A stretch of 64,000 nt of DNA from positions 4,547,293-4,611,292 of the forward strand of contig OZ244838.1 of the NCBI GenBank assembly GCA_965220695.1, read 5' to 3'. The position numbers and the translations under genes were made by a program. The stretch's first letter is position 1. Each line of letters begins with the position of its first letter. Shown in pieces: positions 53,891 to 63,692 of this stretch. The stretch is from Vicinamibacterales bacterium. GTDB lineage: Bacteria; Acidobacteriota; Vicinamibacteria; Vicinamibacterales; UBA8438. Below the pieces are notes generated by a model. It was not told the DNA's origin. It did not search any database and saw nothing but the letters and a program-made list of their open reading frames with translations.

Positions 53891-55333
53891 GTGCCACGGC
53901 AACGTCCCCGGACCGAGCAGGATCCGCGCGATACTCGCATTGAGGAACAAGAGCGAGAGATCGCACGACTGCGCGAGGAGTTGACGCGGGTCGAGGGCGA
54001 CCGGGATTGGTGGAAGCGCCGCAGTGAACACCTCAAGCAGCAACTCGACGCCGCGCGGCGGGCAGGATTTCGGCAAGCCGCCCCGTTCGCCAAGGACCGG
54101 CCGCAAGGTCGCGGCGGGCGTCCCGGCCGGCGAGCGGGTGCGCGCTATGGCCGGCAGGCGTGCCGCCCGCGGCCGGCGCAGGTCGACGAGACCCACGCGG
54201 CGCCGGCGCCGGCCGCCTGTCCGGACTGCGGCGGCGCGGTCGAGGTGACCCGTGTGGCGTCGCAGTATCAGGAAGAACTCCCCAAGGTGCGCCCCATCGT
54301 GCGGTGCTTCGAAATCGAGGTTGGCCATTGCTCCCAGTGTCGGCGGCGCGTCCAGGGCCGCCACCCGCTGCAGACCTCCGACGCGATGGGGGCGGCCAGC
54401 GTGCAGCTCGGCCCCGCGGTCGTCGCGCTGGTCGTCGAGATGCACACGCACCTGGGCGTGCCGCTGGCCAAGATCGCGCACCTGTTGAAGACGCAATGCG
54501 GATTGACGGTTACGCCCGGAGGCCTCACGCAGGTGCTGCATCGCACCGCCCGCGAGGCGGCGCCGACCTACACGGCATTGTGCGAGCAGGTGCGGGAAAG
54601 TCCCATGGTCACGCCGGATGAAACCGGCTGGCGCGTCGGCGCCGTCCGCCACTGGCTGTCGGTCTTCGCCGCGCCGCAGACGACGGTCTACGCCATTTGC
54701 CCCGGCCGCGGGTTCGACGCTGCCGCCACCGTGCTCGGGGCCGACTACAACGGCGTGCTCGTGCGCGACGGGTGGGCGCCGTATCGCCGCTTCACCCACG
54801 CGCTGCACCAGACCTGTCTGGCTCACCTGATCCGGCGAGCGCGGCAACTCCGAACCGATCATCCGCGCAGCCCGTGGGCCGCCCGGGTGCAACGCGTCCT
54901 GCAAGCCGGCCTCGACCTGCGCGACCGCCGCGACGCCGGGCTGCTGAGCGACCATGGTCTGGCAACCGCTCGCGGCCAACTGCTCGCCCAACTCGGTCGG
55001 CTGATCGACAAAGCGCCGACGCTGGACGCCGCCGACCGCTTCGCCGCGCACCTGGCCACCGAATTCCCTGCGGTATTCGGCTTTCTGTGGGACCCGTCGG
55101 TCAACGCCACCAACTGGCGCGCCGAACAGGCCATTCGGCCCGCCGTCGTCACCCGCAAGGTCTGCGGCGGCAATCGCACCCGGCACGGCGCCGACACCCA
55201 GCAGGTGCTCGCCAGCGTCGTGCGCATCGTTCACCAACGCCACCTCGACCTCACCCCGCTGATCGCCACCATCCTCCACGCCACCGACCCCGTCGTCCCC
55301 GAACCACTCCAACGCCCGCCCTCGCCGACGTGA
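53891..55333 (+). CDS. IS66-family transposase (single-ORF type)
   Basis: Leucine-zipper-like N-terminus, zinc finger CPDCGG......C..C, and VTPDETGWRVGAVRHWLSVFAAPQTTVY with a DDE core typical of IS66 TnpC. Confidence 0.9.
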   Translation: MPRQRPRTEQDPRDTRIEEQEREIARLREELTRVEGDRDWWKRRSEHLKQQLDAARRAGFRQAAPFAKDRPQGRGGRPGRRAGARYGRQACRPRPAQVDETHAAPAPAACPDCGGAVEVTRVASQYQEELPKVRPIVRCFEIEVGHCSQCRRRVQGRHPLQTSDAMGAASVQLGPAVVALVVEMHTHLGVPLAKIAHLLKTQCGLTVTPGGLTQVLHRTAREAAPTYTALCEQVRESPMVTPDETGWRVGAVRHWLSVFAAPQTTVYAICPGRGFDAAATVLGADYNGVLVRDGWAPYRRFTHALHQTCLAHLIRRARQLRTDHPRSPWAARVQRVLQAGLDLRDRRDAGLLSDHGLATARGQLLAQLGRLIDKAPTLDAADRFAAHLATEFPAVFGFLWDPSVNATNWRAEQAIRPAVVTRKVCGGNRTRHGADTQQVLASVVRIVHQRHLDLTPLIATILHATDPVVPEPLQRPPSPT

Positions 55334-55365
55334 CGGGTTGCAACGCCGCCACGACCGCTCCACGC

Positions 55366-56492
55366 GCCGACTCGCTGAGCATTCGCACGTTTCTGGATTT
55401 CGCCCTGCACAAGGCCCCGCCGGACCACTCGATGCTGTCGCGCACCCGTCGCCTGATTGACCTCGAGACCCATCAGGCAGTGTTCACGTGGGTGTTGCAG
55501 CGACTGGCCGACGCCACGCTGGTCGTGGGGCGCACGGTGGGCATCGATGCCACGACGCTGGAAGCCAATGCGGCGATGCGGAGCATCGTGCGGCGGGACA
55601 CGGGCGAGAGCTACGACGCATTTCTGACCCGGCTGGCCGAGGCGTCCGGCCTCACGACCCCGACGCGCGCCGAGTTGGCCCGGTTCGACCGGACCCGCAA
55701 GAAGAAGGGCTCGAACGACGACTGGACCCACCCGCACGATCCGGACGCGAAGATCACGAAAATGAAGGACGGCCGCACGCATCTGGCGCACACCGCCGAG
55801 CATGCGGTCGATCTGGACACAGGCGCCATCGTGGGCGTGACGGTGCAGGACGCGAGTGCGGGCGACACGACGACCCTGGTCGACACGCTCGTCACGGCTG
55901 CCGAGCAGGTCGAGGCGGTCGGCGCGCCGGGGATCGCGGAGGTCGTGGCCGACAAGGGGTATCACAGCAACGAGACGATGGTCGGGTTTGCGGCCATCGG
56001 CGTCCGCAGCTACGTCTCGGAGCCGGACCGCGGCCGGCGCCACTGGAAGGGCCAGGCGGCGGCGCGGGACGCGGTGTATGCCAACCGGCGGCGGATTCGC
56101 GGCGCACGCGGGAAACGGCTGCTGCGGCAGCGGGGCGAGCTACTGGAACGGCCCAACGCGCATCTCTACGAGACCGGCAGGATGCGCCGCGTCCATCTGC
56201 GCGGGCATCCCAACATCCTGAAACGGCTGCTCGTCCAGGTCTGCGGCGTCAATCTCGGGTTGCTCATGCGGCACCTGACGGGCGTGGGCACGCCGCAGAG
56301 CCTCCAGGGCCGCGCGTCGGCGCTGGTGGAGGCGCTGATCGGCCTCCTGAGCGGCTCCTGGGGGCGTGTGCGGCGCTTCTGGGCCCCGGAGCGCCATGAT
56401 CGGCCCGATTCGTCGTCGGATGGTCCGGCGACACGCCAATACGGACACGCGATTCTCGATTGACAATCAGCCCCTTCTGCCACGGGCTGCTA
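55366..56492 (+). pseudogene. 5'-truncated IS5/IS1182-like element (transposase lacking about 95 N-terminal residues)
   Basis: ADSLSIRTFLDFALHKAPPDHS... is collinear with residue ~96 onward of the intact copy at 60047-61456. The terminal repeat ...GCCACGGGCTGCTA(G) lies at 56478-56492. The upstream part is replaced by the IS66 element. Confidence 0.8.
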
Positions 56493-57686
56493 GTGCTGCG
56501 CCACGATTAAAGATTAGGGCACGCGGAACCGATAGAGTTCCCATGCAGAAAAAGTATATCGTCCGACTCACCGCCGAGGAACGCGAGGTCTGTCAGCAGA
56601 CGGTCCGCAAGCTCAAGGGCAGCAGCGAGAAGGTACGCCGCGCGCAGATTCTCTTGCAGGCCGATGCGGACGGACCGGGGTGGACCGACCAGCAGATCGC
56701 CGACGCCTTTTCGTGCCGCACCAAGACGGTCGAAAACATTCGCCAACGATGCGTACTGGCAGGATTCGAGCGGGCGCTGGAACGCAAACGACGGCCGTCG
56801 CCCCCGGTCCCCAAGCTGCTCGACGGCGAACAGGAAGCGCAGGTCATCGCCCTGCGTCTGGGCCCGCCCCCCAAGGGCTACGCCAACTGGTCGTTGCGGC
56901 TGCTGACGCGGCGGGTCGTCGAGTTGCAGATCGTCGAGTCGGTCAGCCGCGAGACCCTCCGGCGTACGCTAAAACAAACGGGATGACCCGGCGGAAAATC
57001 GAGTACTGGGTGATCCCGCCGGAGGCCGACGCCGAGTTCGTGGCGCACATGGAGCAGGTCTTGGACACCTATGCGCAACCGTACGACCCGGCTTGCCCGG
57101 TCGTGTGCATGGATGAGCAGCCGGTGCAACTGGTCAAGGAAACGCGCCCGCCGATGGCCGCCACGCTGGCGCGGCCCCGCCGCGTCGACTACGAGTACGA
57201 ACGGGCCGGCACGGCCTCGGTCTTCCTGTTCAGCGAGCCGCTGGCGTGTTGGCGGCGGGCGACGGCGCGGGCCCGGCGGACGAAGGCGGACTGGGCGGTG
57301 GAGGTCGCCGACCTGTTGGAGGGCCGCTACGCCGACTGCCCGAAAGTCACCCTGGTGTGCGACAACCTCAACACGCACACGCCCGGCGCCTTCTACGAGG
57401 TGTTCGAGCCGGCCCGGGCTCGGGAACTGGTTCGTCGCCTGGAGTTCTGCTACACGCCGAAGCACGGGAGCTGGCTGAACATCGCCGAGAATGAACTGAG
57501 TTCGATGACGCGTCAATGCCTGGACGGGCGCCGCATCGGCGACCTCGAGACGCTGCACGGCGAAGTGTCGGCGTGGTCCACCGACGTCACTGCTACGCAA
57601 CGCGGTGTCGACTGGCAGATGCAGGTCGACGATGCGCGCCGTAAACTCAAGTCCGTCTATCCGAATATTTTGACGTGACGAAGCAC
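56493..57686 (+). mobile_element. IS630-family insertion sequence (1194 bp) with TA target duplication
   Basis: The inverted repeats are GTGCTGCGCCACG on the left and CGTGACGAAGCAC on the right, matching at 11 of 13 positions. The element is flanked by TA at 56491-56492 and 57687-57688. Confidence 0.85.
56543..57678 (+). CDS. IS630-family transposase, two overlapping frames (orf1 56543-56986, orf2 to 57678)
   Basis: orf1 has HTH domains (IVRLTAEEREVCQQ.., WTDQQIADAF). orf2 is the DDE domain (VVCMDEQPVQL, LVCDNLNTHTP, KHGSWLNIAENELS). The frames could be joined by a -1 slip at AAAA (56971-56974) or by restart at the ATGA overlap (56983). Confidence 0.85.
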
Positions 57687-57713
57687 TAGGAACTGTGAAC
57701 CAGACGGGGAAGC

Positions 57714-59660
57714 TTACGGATCGACGTTACCTAAGCGCCGTTCCTGGAAGGCGACTACCCACTTTTTCAACGTGCGACCGCGACGCTTAGCCATTGACAT
57801 CGAAAAGTGGCTCCTTAGGAGGAACTCTTCCGCTGCCCCCGAGTCCAGCTCATGCAGATCTCTGGCACTTGCCCACTCTTTCCACCGCTGCGCCACCATG
57901 CTCAGTTCGAACTGGACTGAGAGAAAGTCCAGAATCCTGGACTCAGGAAGTTGTGCCAATCGTTGGCCAGAGTCTGTGATCGTACCGTCCTGGCCCAAAA
58001 GTCCCAACACTTTCGCGCCATGTTTCATGTAATCTATGTGCCGCTTGGAACTAGAGGTGCCCGCCATCCGCATCTCTGCTGGGCTCGGTTCAGAACCCGC
58101 GCTGACAAGCTTTACAACTTCGATAATGCGGTCGAGGCGATCTTGTTGAGGAACGTCCCCAGACGTTAGCGCTCGTTGCGGCTGAAGAGAATCCCCTATA
58201 GGCATCGTTGCATTCGTTGACGAGGCGCCCACGGAAACGAGCTCCGATCGGGATTTGGACTCGCCAGACACAGCGGTTGTAACGACCGTATCGAGCGTGA
58301 AGAGGTACTGGCGTCCTATGACCTTCTGGAGAAGAACCGAACGTCGTCCGGGAGGGATGTCGGCCCTTAAGGCCTTGCCGCCCTCAGTCACGATCTCTAG
58401 ATGGCCATGTCGCTGACTGGCGCCCTCGAGCGTCGCCTGGATCTGACTCCTAGTGCTGATTCCTTCCGGTTCCTGTTTCATCCGCTCGATCGCGGGCGCA
58501 ACGCGTCTTGATCGGATTCTCGTACGCGCACCTTCAAAAGATCTGGCGTCAGTCAGTCCAATAGTCGCGTCCAGATTTCTCTGAGCAAGCGTCTCAATGA
58601 ACTGAAAGAAGTGGTCCTTCGACACAGCACTCAATTCGCTAGAGGAAAAAGCCTGCTCTGGATCCTGGGCAAGTCGCATCATGCGCTCAAAAGCGACTGA
58701 GAACACCTCTGGTTGCTTGACCGACACAATGAAGCGGAGTAGGAACGATCCAGGTGCCGGAACCAGCGCATATGTCTTCATCGTCGACGCGACATCAGGA
58801 GCGACCGAAGCCACAGCCTCACGGACTGCTATTCTCCAGGAATGAACCAACTTCTCGAAGGTCCCGATTGCAAGGCGCCCCTTATCGGGGTCAGAGCCAA
58901 TAAGCGTGACTTGCTCGACGATCCCTCCACCTCGCTCAGCCTGTTCCCGACACTCGTAGCTAGCGCGAGCAGTGGCTAGCGCTTCGCCGACAAGCCGTAA
59001 CACAGCAACTGGCAGCGCCGATGGTGCCAGTTCCGAGAAAGTGCGCTCCTGCTCTACAATCCGATCACGATGATCGATTGGGAGGTCCGGTGGGGCGTCA
59101 GATGACAGTGCCCGGATCGAGTCGGCAACCTCCGAGCCCATCCCCGCTATGAGGGACACGGAGTTCAGATGAGTCACTAGTATTTCGGCTTGCTGCTGAC
59201 TCAGAAGTCTAGACAGCAGCTTCCGTTCTCCCATCGAGATGAGCAAGCCGCAGATTCCGTCCTGGACGATGGGTGAAGAATCCACGCAGTAAGTCGCAAA
59301 CGATCCGAAACTCGGTGCCAGAACCGCCGTGAGCAAGTCATCGTGGGCACGGTACCGGGTCAAAGAGGAGAGCACGTTTGCCAGTGTTGACTGGTCCTCG
59401 CTCCACGAGGTGGTCAAGAAGTGGGCCAGAGGTGCCCAAAGATAGGGTGGTTGTTCCGATGCGGTCTTGGACAAAGCGTACGACACAACACGCCGAAGAT
59501 AGACGTTGTCGGAGGTCGCTAGGCAGCTCCAGGTGAGGATGCCAGCGTTGCTCGGGTCTTCCTTGATCGCTGTCTCTACAAGAGTCAAGATCAGGTCTTC
59601 ATCGTGGCTGTCGATGGCGCGACCTAACCTTCGGAGGTAACCACTTGAGCTGGGAGTCAT
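57714..59660 (-). CDS. 648-aa hypothetical protein (helical-repeat-like N-terminus, possible winged-helix-like C-terminus); no family recognised
   Basis: A long ORF in visibly lower-G+C DNA (about 47-55% in hand-counted lines). It is not a high-GC antisense artefact. No catalytic motif identified. Confidence 0.65.
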   Translation of the reverse strand: MTPSSSGYLRRLGRAIDSHDEDLILTLVETAIKEDPSNAGILTWSCLATSDNVYLRRVVSYALSKTASEQPPYLWAPLAHFLTTSWSEDQSTLANVLSSLTRYRAHDDLLTAVLAPSFGSFATYCVDSSPIVQDGICGLLISMGERKLLSRLLSQQQAEILVTHLNSVSLIAGMGSEVADSIRALSSDAPPDLPIDHRDRIVEQERTFSELAPSALPVAVLRLVGEALATARASYECREQAERGGGIVEQVTLIGSDPDKGRLAIGTFEKLVHSWRIAVREAVASVAPDVASTMKTYALVPAPGSFLLRFIVSVKQPEVFSVAFERMMRLAQDPEQAFSSSELSAVSKDHFFQFIETLAQRNLDATIGLTDARSFEGARTRIRSRRVAPAIERMKQEPEGISTRSQIQATLEGASQRHGHLEIVTEGGKALRADIPPGRRSVLLQKVIGRQYLFTLDTVVTTAVSGESKSRSELVSVGASSTNATMPIGDSLQPQRALTSGDVPQQDRLDRIIEVVKLVSAGSEPSPAEMRMAGTSSSKRHIDYMKHGAKVLGLLGQDGTITDSGQRLAQLPESRILDFLSVQFELSMVAQRWKEWASARDLHELDSGAAEEFLLRSHFSMSMAKRRGRTLKKWVVAFQERRLGNVDP

Positions 59661-59923
59661 GCGAAGGCGATCCCTCGAATGACTTCGATATCGACCCGTG
59701 CGTTGGACTCTCGCGCGGAAAGGTTCCGGTCTTGAAACGATTGATACAACGGAGCGTCAACCGGACCGCTACGGATCAGCCTATCGGCTCTGCTGAAAGC
59801 CGCAGCACGGCACTCACGCTGACTCGTGGTGCACTGGTTCCGCAGTTGATCAAGACCTTCCAGCGCTCGGCCTTGGGTGACGGGCCGCTGGTTGGCCCAT
59901 GGGTACGACCGACTGGGATTCAT
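59657..59923 (-). CDS. 88-aa hypothetical protein, translationally coupled (ATGA) to the 648-aa gene
   Basis: Start at MNPSRSYPW (59923). Its stop overlaps the ATG of the downstream ORF at 59657-59660. No family recognised. Confidence 0.35.
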   Translation of the reverse strand: MNPSRSYPWANQRPVTQGRALEGLDQLRNQCTTSQRECRAAAFSRADRLIRSGPVDAPLYQSFQDRNLSARESNARVDIEVIRGIAFA

Positions 59924-60046
59924 GTCTGAGCCTTGAACCTGCAGTCTGCCACGGTGACGCGGGGTGCCACTTCTTGGATGCAAGACGGCCGCTCCGTTGA
60001 CTTTAAACCGAAACGGGTCGCTTCTTGGGCATATCTAGTGTATCCA

Positions 60047-61456
60047 CTAACAGGCTGTGGCAGAACGGCTACCTTGTAGCGTGAGCGGAAGGAGTTGATG
60101 GCGCTGCGTGGGGTGGGCAATCCACGACGAATCGTGCGGATCAAACAGACGATCCGCTCCGGAAAGCGCTACATGGCGCCAGCGGCGGCTGAGAGCCCGG
60201 CTCAGAGCGTCAAGGAGTGCCCTGGCGCGGCCCTGGAGGCTGCGCGGGGTCCGGACGCCCGTCAGTTCGCGCATGAGGAGGCCCAGATTCGAGCCACAGA
60301 CGTGGACGAGCAGACGCGATCGTTGACAGTTGGAGTGTCCGCGCAGATGCACGCGGCGCAATCGCCCGGTTTCGTTGACGTGAGCGTGGGGACGCTCGAG
60401 GCGTTCCCCACGCTGCCGCAGCAGGCGGCGCCCGCGGACGCGCCGAATGCGCCGCCGGTTGGCGCAAACGGCCGCCCGCGCAGCAGGCTTTCGCCGCCAG
60501 CAACGCCGTCCGCGGTCCGGCTCCGACACGTAACTGCGGATTCCCAACTCGGCCAACGCAACCAGGGTTTCGTTGCTGTGATATCCCTTATCGCCGACCA
60601 CCTCGGTGAGGCCGGCCCCGGCCGGCAGGACCGCCTCGACCTGCTCGGCCGCGGTAATCAAGGTCTCGACCATCGTCGTCGTGTCACCGGCATCGGCATC
60701 CTGCACGGTGATGCCGACGACCGCTCCGGTCTCCAGGTCGATCGCGTGCTCGGCCTTGTGTGCCAGCCGGGTGCGGCCGTCCTTCATGCGGGTGATCTTC
60801 GCGTCCGGGTCCTGCGGATGCACCCAATCGTCGTTGGACCCCTTCTTCGGGCGCTTGCAGTCGAAGCGGGCCAGCTCGGCGCGCGTCGGTGTCGAAATGC
60901 CGGACGCCTCGGCCAGCCCGCGCAGGAACGTTTCGTCGCCCTCGCCCGTGTCCCGGCACACGATGCGCCGCAACGCGGCATTGGCTTCCAGCGTCGTCGC
61001 ATCGATGCCCACGGTCTTGCCTCGGACCAGACCGGCGTCGGGCAGCCGCTGCAGCACCCACGTGAAGACCGCTTGGTGCGTCTCCAGGTCGATCCGCCGT
61101 CGCGTTCGCGATACCGTCGAATGGTCCGGCCCCGCCTCGTGCAGCGCGATGTCCAGGAACTGCCGCAGGCTCAACGAATCGGCCACCCGCCACGCGATCG
61201 CCCGTTCCGAGTCCAGGCCCTCGAAGTAGCGGAGCAACAGCATCCGGACGTAGCGGCCCGGCGCCACACTCGGCCGGCCCACCCCGTCGGCGTAGAACCT
61301 CGCGCACAGGCTCTCGACAAAGGCGTCGAAATCCGCCTCGTCGAGGACGCCAATCAATCGTTCGTAGAACGGCTGACCTCCGCCTCCCGGCACGTCCGCG
61401 CTGGCCACCCACATCGACGGCTGCCGCGCGCGGCAGCGCCGTTTACCCATTGCCAT
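60047..61456 (-). CDS. IS5/IS1182-like DDE transposase (469 aa)
   Basis: PFYERLIGVLDEADFDAFVE, RPSVAPGRYVRMLLLRYFEGLDSER (DUF772-like N-domain), VGIDATTLEANAA and VVGDKGYHSNE. It is collinear with the truncated copy at 55366-56463. Confidence 0.85.
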   Translation of the reverse strand: MAMGKRRCRARQPSMWVASADVPGGGGQPFYERLIGVLDEADFDAFVESLCARFYADGVGRPSVAPGRYVRMLLLRYFEGLDSERAIAWRVADSLSLRQFLDIALHEAGPDHSTVSRTRRRIDLETHQAVFTWVLQRLPDAGLVRGKTVGIDATTLEANAALRRIVCRDTGEGDETFLRGLAEASGISTPTRAELARFDCKRPKKGSNDDWVHPQDPDAKITRMKDGRTRLAHKAEHAIDLETGAVVGITVQDADAGDTTTMVETLITAAEQVEAVLPAGAGLTEVVGDKGYHSNETLVALAELGIRSYVSEPDRGRRCWRRKPAARAAVCANRRRIRRVRGRRLLRQRGERLERPHAHVNETGRLRRVHLRGHSNCQRSRLLVHVCGSNLGLLMRELTGVRTPRSLQGRARALLDALSRALSRRWRHVALSGADRLFDPHDSSWIAHPTQRHQLLPLTLQGSRSATAC

Positions 61457-61525
61457 GGGCAGGAGTGTAGTACACGGGAACGGTCTTGTCGATCCCTATC
61501 CGCGACTTTCACCACAGCCTGCTAG
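60047..61525 (-). mobile_element. intact IS5/IS1182-like insertion sequence (1479 bp)
   Basis: The ends are CTAACAGGCTGTGGCAGAAC on the left and the reverse complement of CTAGCAGGCTGTGGTGAAAG on the right. They are bounded by CTAA/CTAG (YTAR-like). Confidence 0.8.
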
Positions 61526-61580
61526 CCTGAACAACAATACATTGTGGTCTCTGGAGAAAAAATGCGACAAACTCTCACGG

Positions 61581-62432
61581 ATGGTTTGGGTTCGAGAGGT
61601 GGCGCCGCCGGTCCAACAGGCTCTTCAGGGCACCGTCGGCGCGAAACCCTTCCTGAAATGGGCCGGCGGCAAGCGGCAGATTATCGGTGAGCTGAGAGGC
61701 CGTGTGCCGGCCAGGTTCGGGACGTATCACGAGCCGTTTCTTGGGGGCGGAGCCCTCTTCTTCGCGATGATGCCACCGACGGCGATTCTCAGCGACACGA
61801 ATGAGCGCCTCATTCGAGCGTATCGAGGGGTCCAACAAGAGGTGGAGTCGGTTGTTGAGCAACTGTCAGCAATGCCACCATCTAGAGAGTTCTTCTTGTC
61901 TCAACGGCAGAGGTTGATCGATCTTGACTCCGATGTTGATGTCTCCGCCTGGATGATCTATCTGAACCACACTGCATACAACGGACTCTATCGCGTTAAC
62001 AAGAGCGGTCGGTTCAACACTCCTTTTGGGCGATACACAAACCCGACCATCTGTGACGCAGAACGACTACGGGCGTGCTCGAGTGCTCTTTCAGGCGCCG
62101 CTCTTCGAGTCCAGGGCTTCGAGCAAATCCTCGACACAGCGGCACCTGGGGATTTCGTGTACTTTGACCCTCCCTACGTGCCGATATCCGTCAACGCCTC
62201 CTTCACGCGGTACACCCCACAGCAGTTCAAACTCAGCGACCACGAGAGGTTGCGCGACACGGCACTGGAATTGAAAAGAGGTGGAGTTCATGTGTTGTTG
62301 TCGAACTCAGACGCGGCAGAGGTTTTGGCCCTGTACGAAAGGGACTTCACGATCGACAGGATACAAGCGACTCGCATGGTCAACAGCGACCCGCGAGGAA
62401 GGGGCAGGGTCACCGAGACGCTGATCACATGA
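61581..62432 (+). CDS. Dam-family (D12 class) N6-adenine DNA methyltransferase, no adjacent restriction partner recognised
   Basis: FLKWAGGKRQ, EPFLGGGALFF (FxGxG SAM motif) and FVYFDPPYVP (DPPY catalytic motif). Start at ATG 61581. Confidence 0.85.
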   Translation: MVWVREVAPPVQQALQGTVGAKPFLKWAGGKRQIIGELRGRVPARFGTYHEPFLGGGALFFAMMPPTAILSDTNERLIRAYRGVQQEVESVVEQLSAMPPSREFFLSQRQRLIDLDSDVDVSAWMIYLNHTAYNGLYRVNKSGRFNTPFGRYTNPTICDAERLRACSSALSGAALRVQGFEQILDTAAPGDFVYFDPPYVPISVNASFTRYTPQQFKLSDHERLRDTALELKRGGVHVLLSNSDAAEVLALYERDFTIDRIQATRMVNSDPRGRGRVTETLIT

Positions 62433-62449
62433 GAGATTGGCCAGTCGTC

Positions 62450-62555
62450 TCTGTCGACGCGTGAGCCTGCGAACGTATTCTGAATCGACCGTGAGGCACC
62501 ACAGCCGGATCGCTTCGTAGGACACCGTGATGCCGCGTTGGGCTAGGAGATCCAA
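62450..62555 (-). pseudogene. IS6-family transposase N-terminal fragment
   Basis: MDLLAQRGITVSYEAIRLWCL....EYVRRLTRRQ resembles the HTH N-terminus of IS6/IS26-like transposases. The remainder of the ORF is unrelated. Confidence 0.4.
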
Positions 62556-62904
62556 GGTGCGATCGGCGGCAGGGGTTTCGAGGAGCGGCGCAGCTCCTCT
62601 CGCCAGACCGCAATCTTCAACATTGCGTGGGCTGGCTCTGGCCAGCTTATCCTCACCGGCGAGCTGTTTCCGTGCGCCTCACGCCGTTTTCCTGGTTCGC
62701 CAGCGCGAAACTTTCAGAAAGCGATCGAGTGGCTCTTTCCCGCACTCGAAGGAATCGACATCGTGCGTTGCCCCCTGTGCCAATAATCTGTGAGACAACC
62801 TCCCTGTTGAGTTTAGTGTAGGGGCGGGAGAGGTTGGAGAGATGACGCGCATGCCACCAGCCGTGGAGATGGACGTGGTCGTGGGCCCGAAGGCGGAGGG
62901 AGCC

Positions 62905-63577
62905 CGGAGCGCGACCGGGATCGGTGGAAGCGCCGCAGTGAACACCTCAAGCAGCAACTCGACGCGGCGCGGCGGGCAGGATTCCGGCAGGCCGCGCCCT
63001 TCGCCAAGGACCGGCCCCAAGGTCGCGGCGGGCGACGCGGCCGGCACGCTGGTGCGCACTACGGCGGGCAGGCGTGCCGGCCGCGTCCGGCGCAGGTTGA
63101 CGAGACCTGCCGAGCACCGGCGCCGGCCGCGTGTCCGGACTGCGGCGGCGCCGTCGAGTTGTCCCGCGTAGCGACGCAATATCAGGAAGATCTCCCGGTG
63201 GTGCGCCCTATCGTGCGGCGCTTCGACATCGAGGTCGGCCACTGCTCGCCGTGTCGGCGTCGCGTCCAGGGCCGCCACCGGCTGCAATGCTCCGACGCGC
63301 TGGGAGCGGCCGGCGTGCAACTGGGTCCCGAAGTCGTCGCGCTGGTCGTGCGGCTGCACACGCACCTGGGCGTGCCGCTGGCGAAGGTCACGCACCTGCT
63401 CCGGACCCAGTTCGGCCTGACCATCACACCGGGAGGCCTCGCGCAGGTGCGGGTCTCTCCCGTGGTCACGCCGGATGAAACCGGCTGGCCCGTTGGCGCC
63501 ATGCGCCACTGGCTGTGGGTCTTCGCCACGCCCCAGACGACGGTCTACGCGATTCGCGCCGGCCGCGGGTTCGACGA
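62905..63577 (+). pseudogene. degenerate second IS66 transposase copy (no start codon, internal deletion, 3' truncated)
   Basis: RDRWKRRSEHLKQQLDAARRAGFRQAAPFAKDRPQGRGG...CPDCGGAVELSRVATQYQEDLPVVRPIV... parallels 53990-54730 of the intact copy. About 20 codons are missing between GGLAQV and SPVVTPDETGW. Homology stops at GRGFD. Confidence 0.8.
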
Positions 63578-63692
63578 CTGTCGGCTGCAGGCCAAGATCG
63601 GCGAACTCCTGATGGAGACCGAGTTGCTGTATGCGAAGGTAGACCAGTTGGAGGCCGGCCGCCCTTTGGCCCGCCGGAGGTCGACGCAATGA
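63578..63692 (+). pseudogene. IS3-family OrfA C-terminal fragment fused in frame to the IS66 remnant
   Basis: CRLQAKIGELLMETELLYAKVDQLEAGRPLARRRS resembles the leucine-zipper end of IS3 OrfA proteins. There is no OrfA N-terminus upstream. Confidence 0.55.

Noticed and set aside
62679-62780. Minus-strand fragment LLAQGATHDVDSFECGKEPLDRFLKVSRW, resembling the N-terminus of GNAT-type acetyltransferase toxins (H..FDCG...L..WL)
   Set aside because: Only about 30 residues are similar and they are followed directly by a stop. No acetyl-CoA-binding motif and no partner antitoxin are visible. At best it is a truncated remnant.
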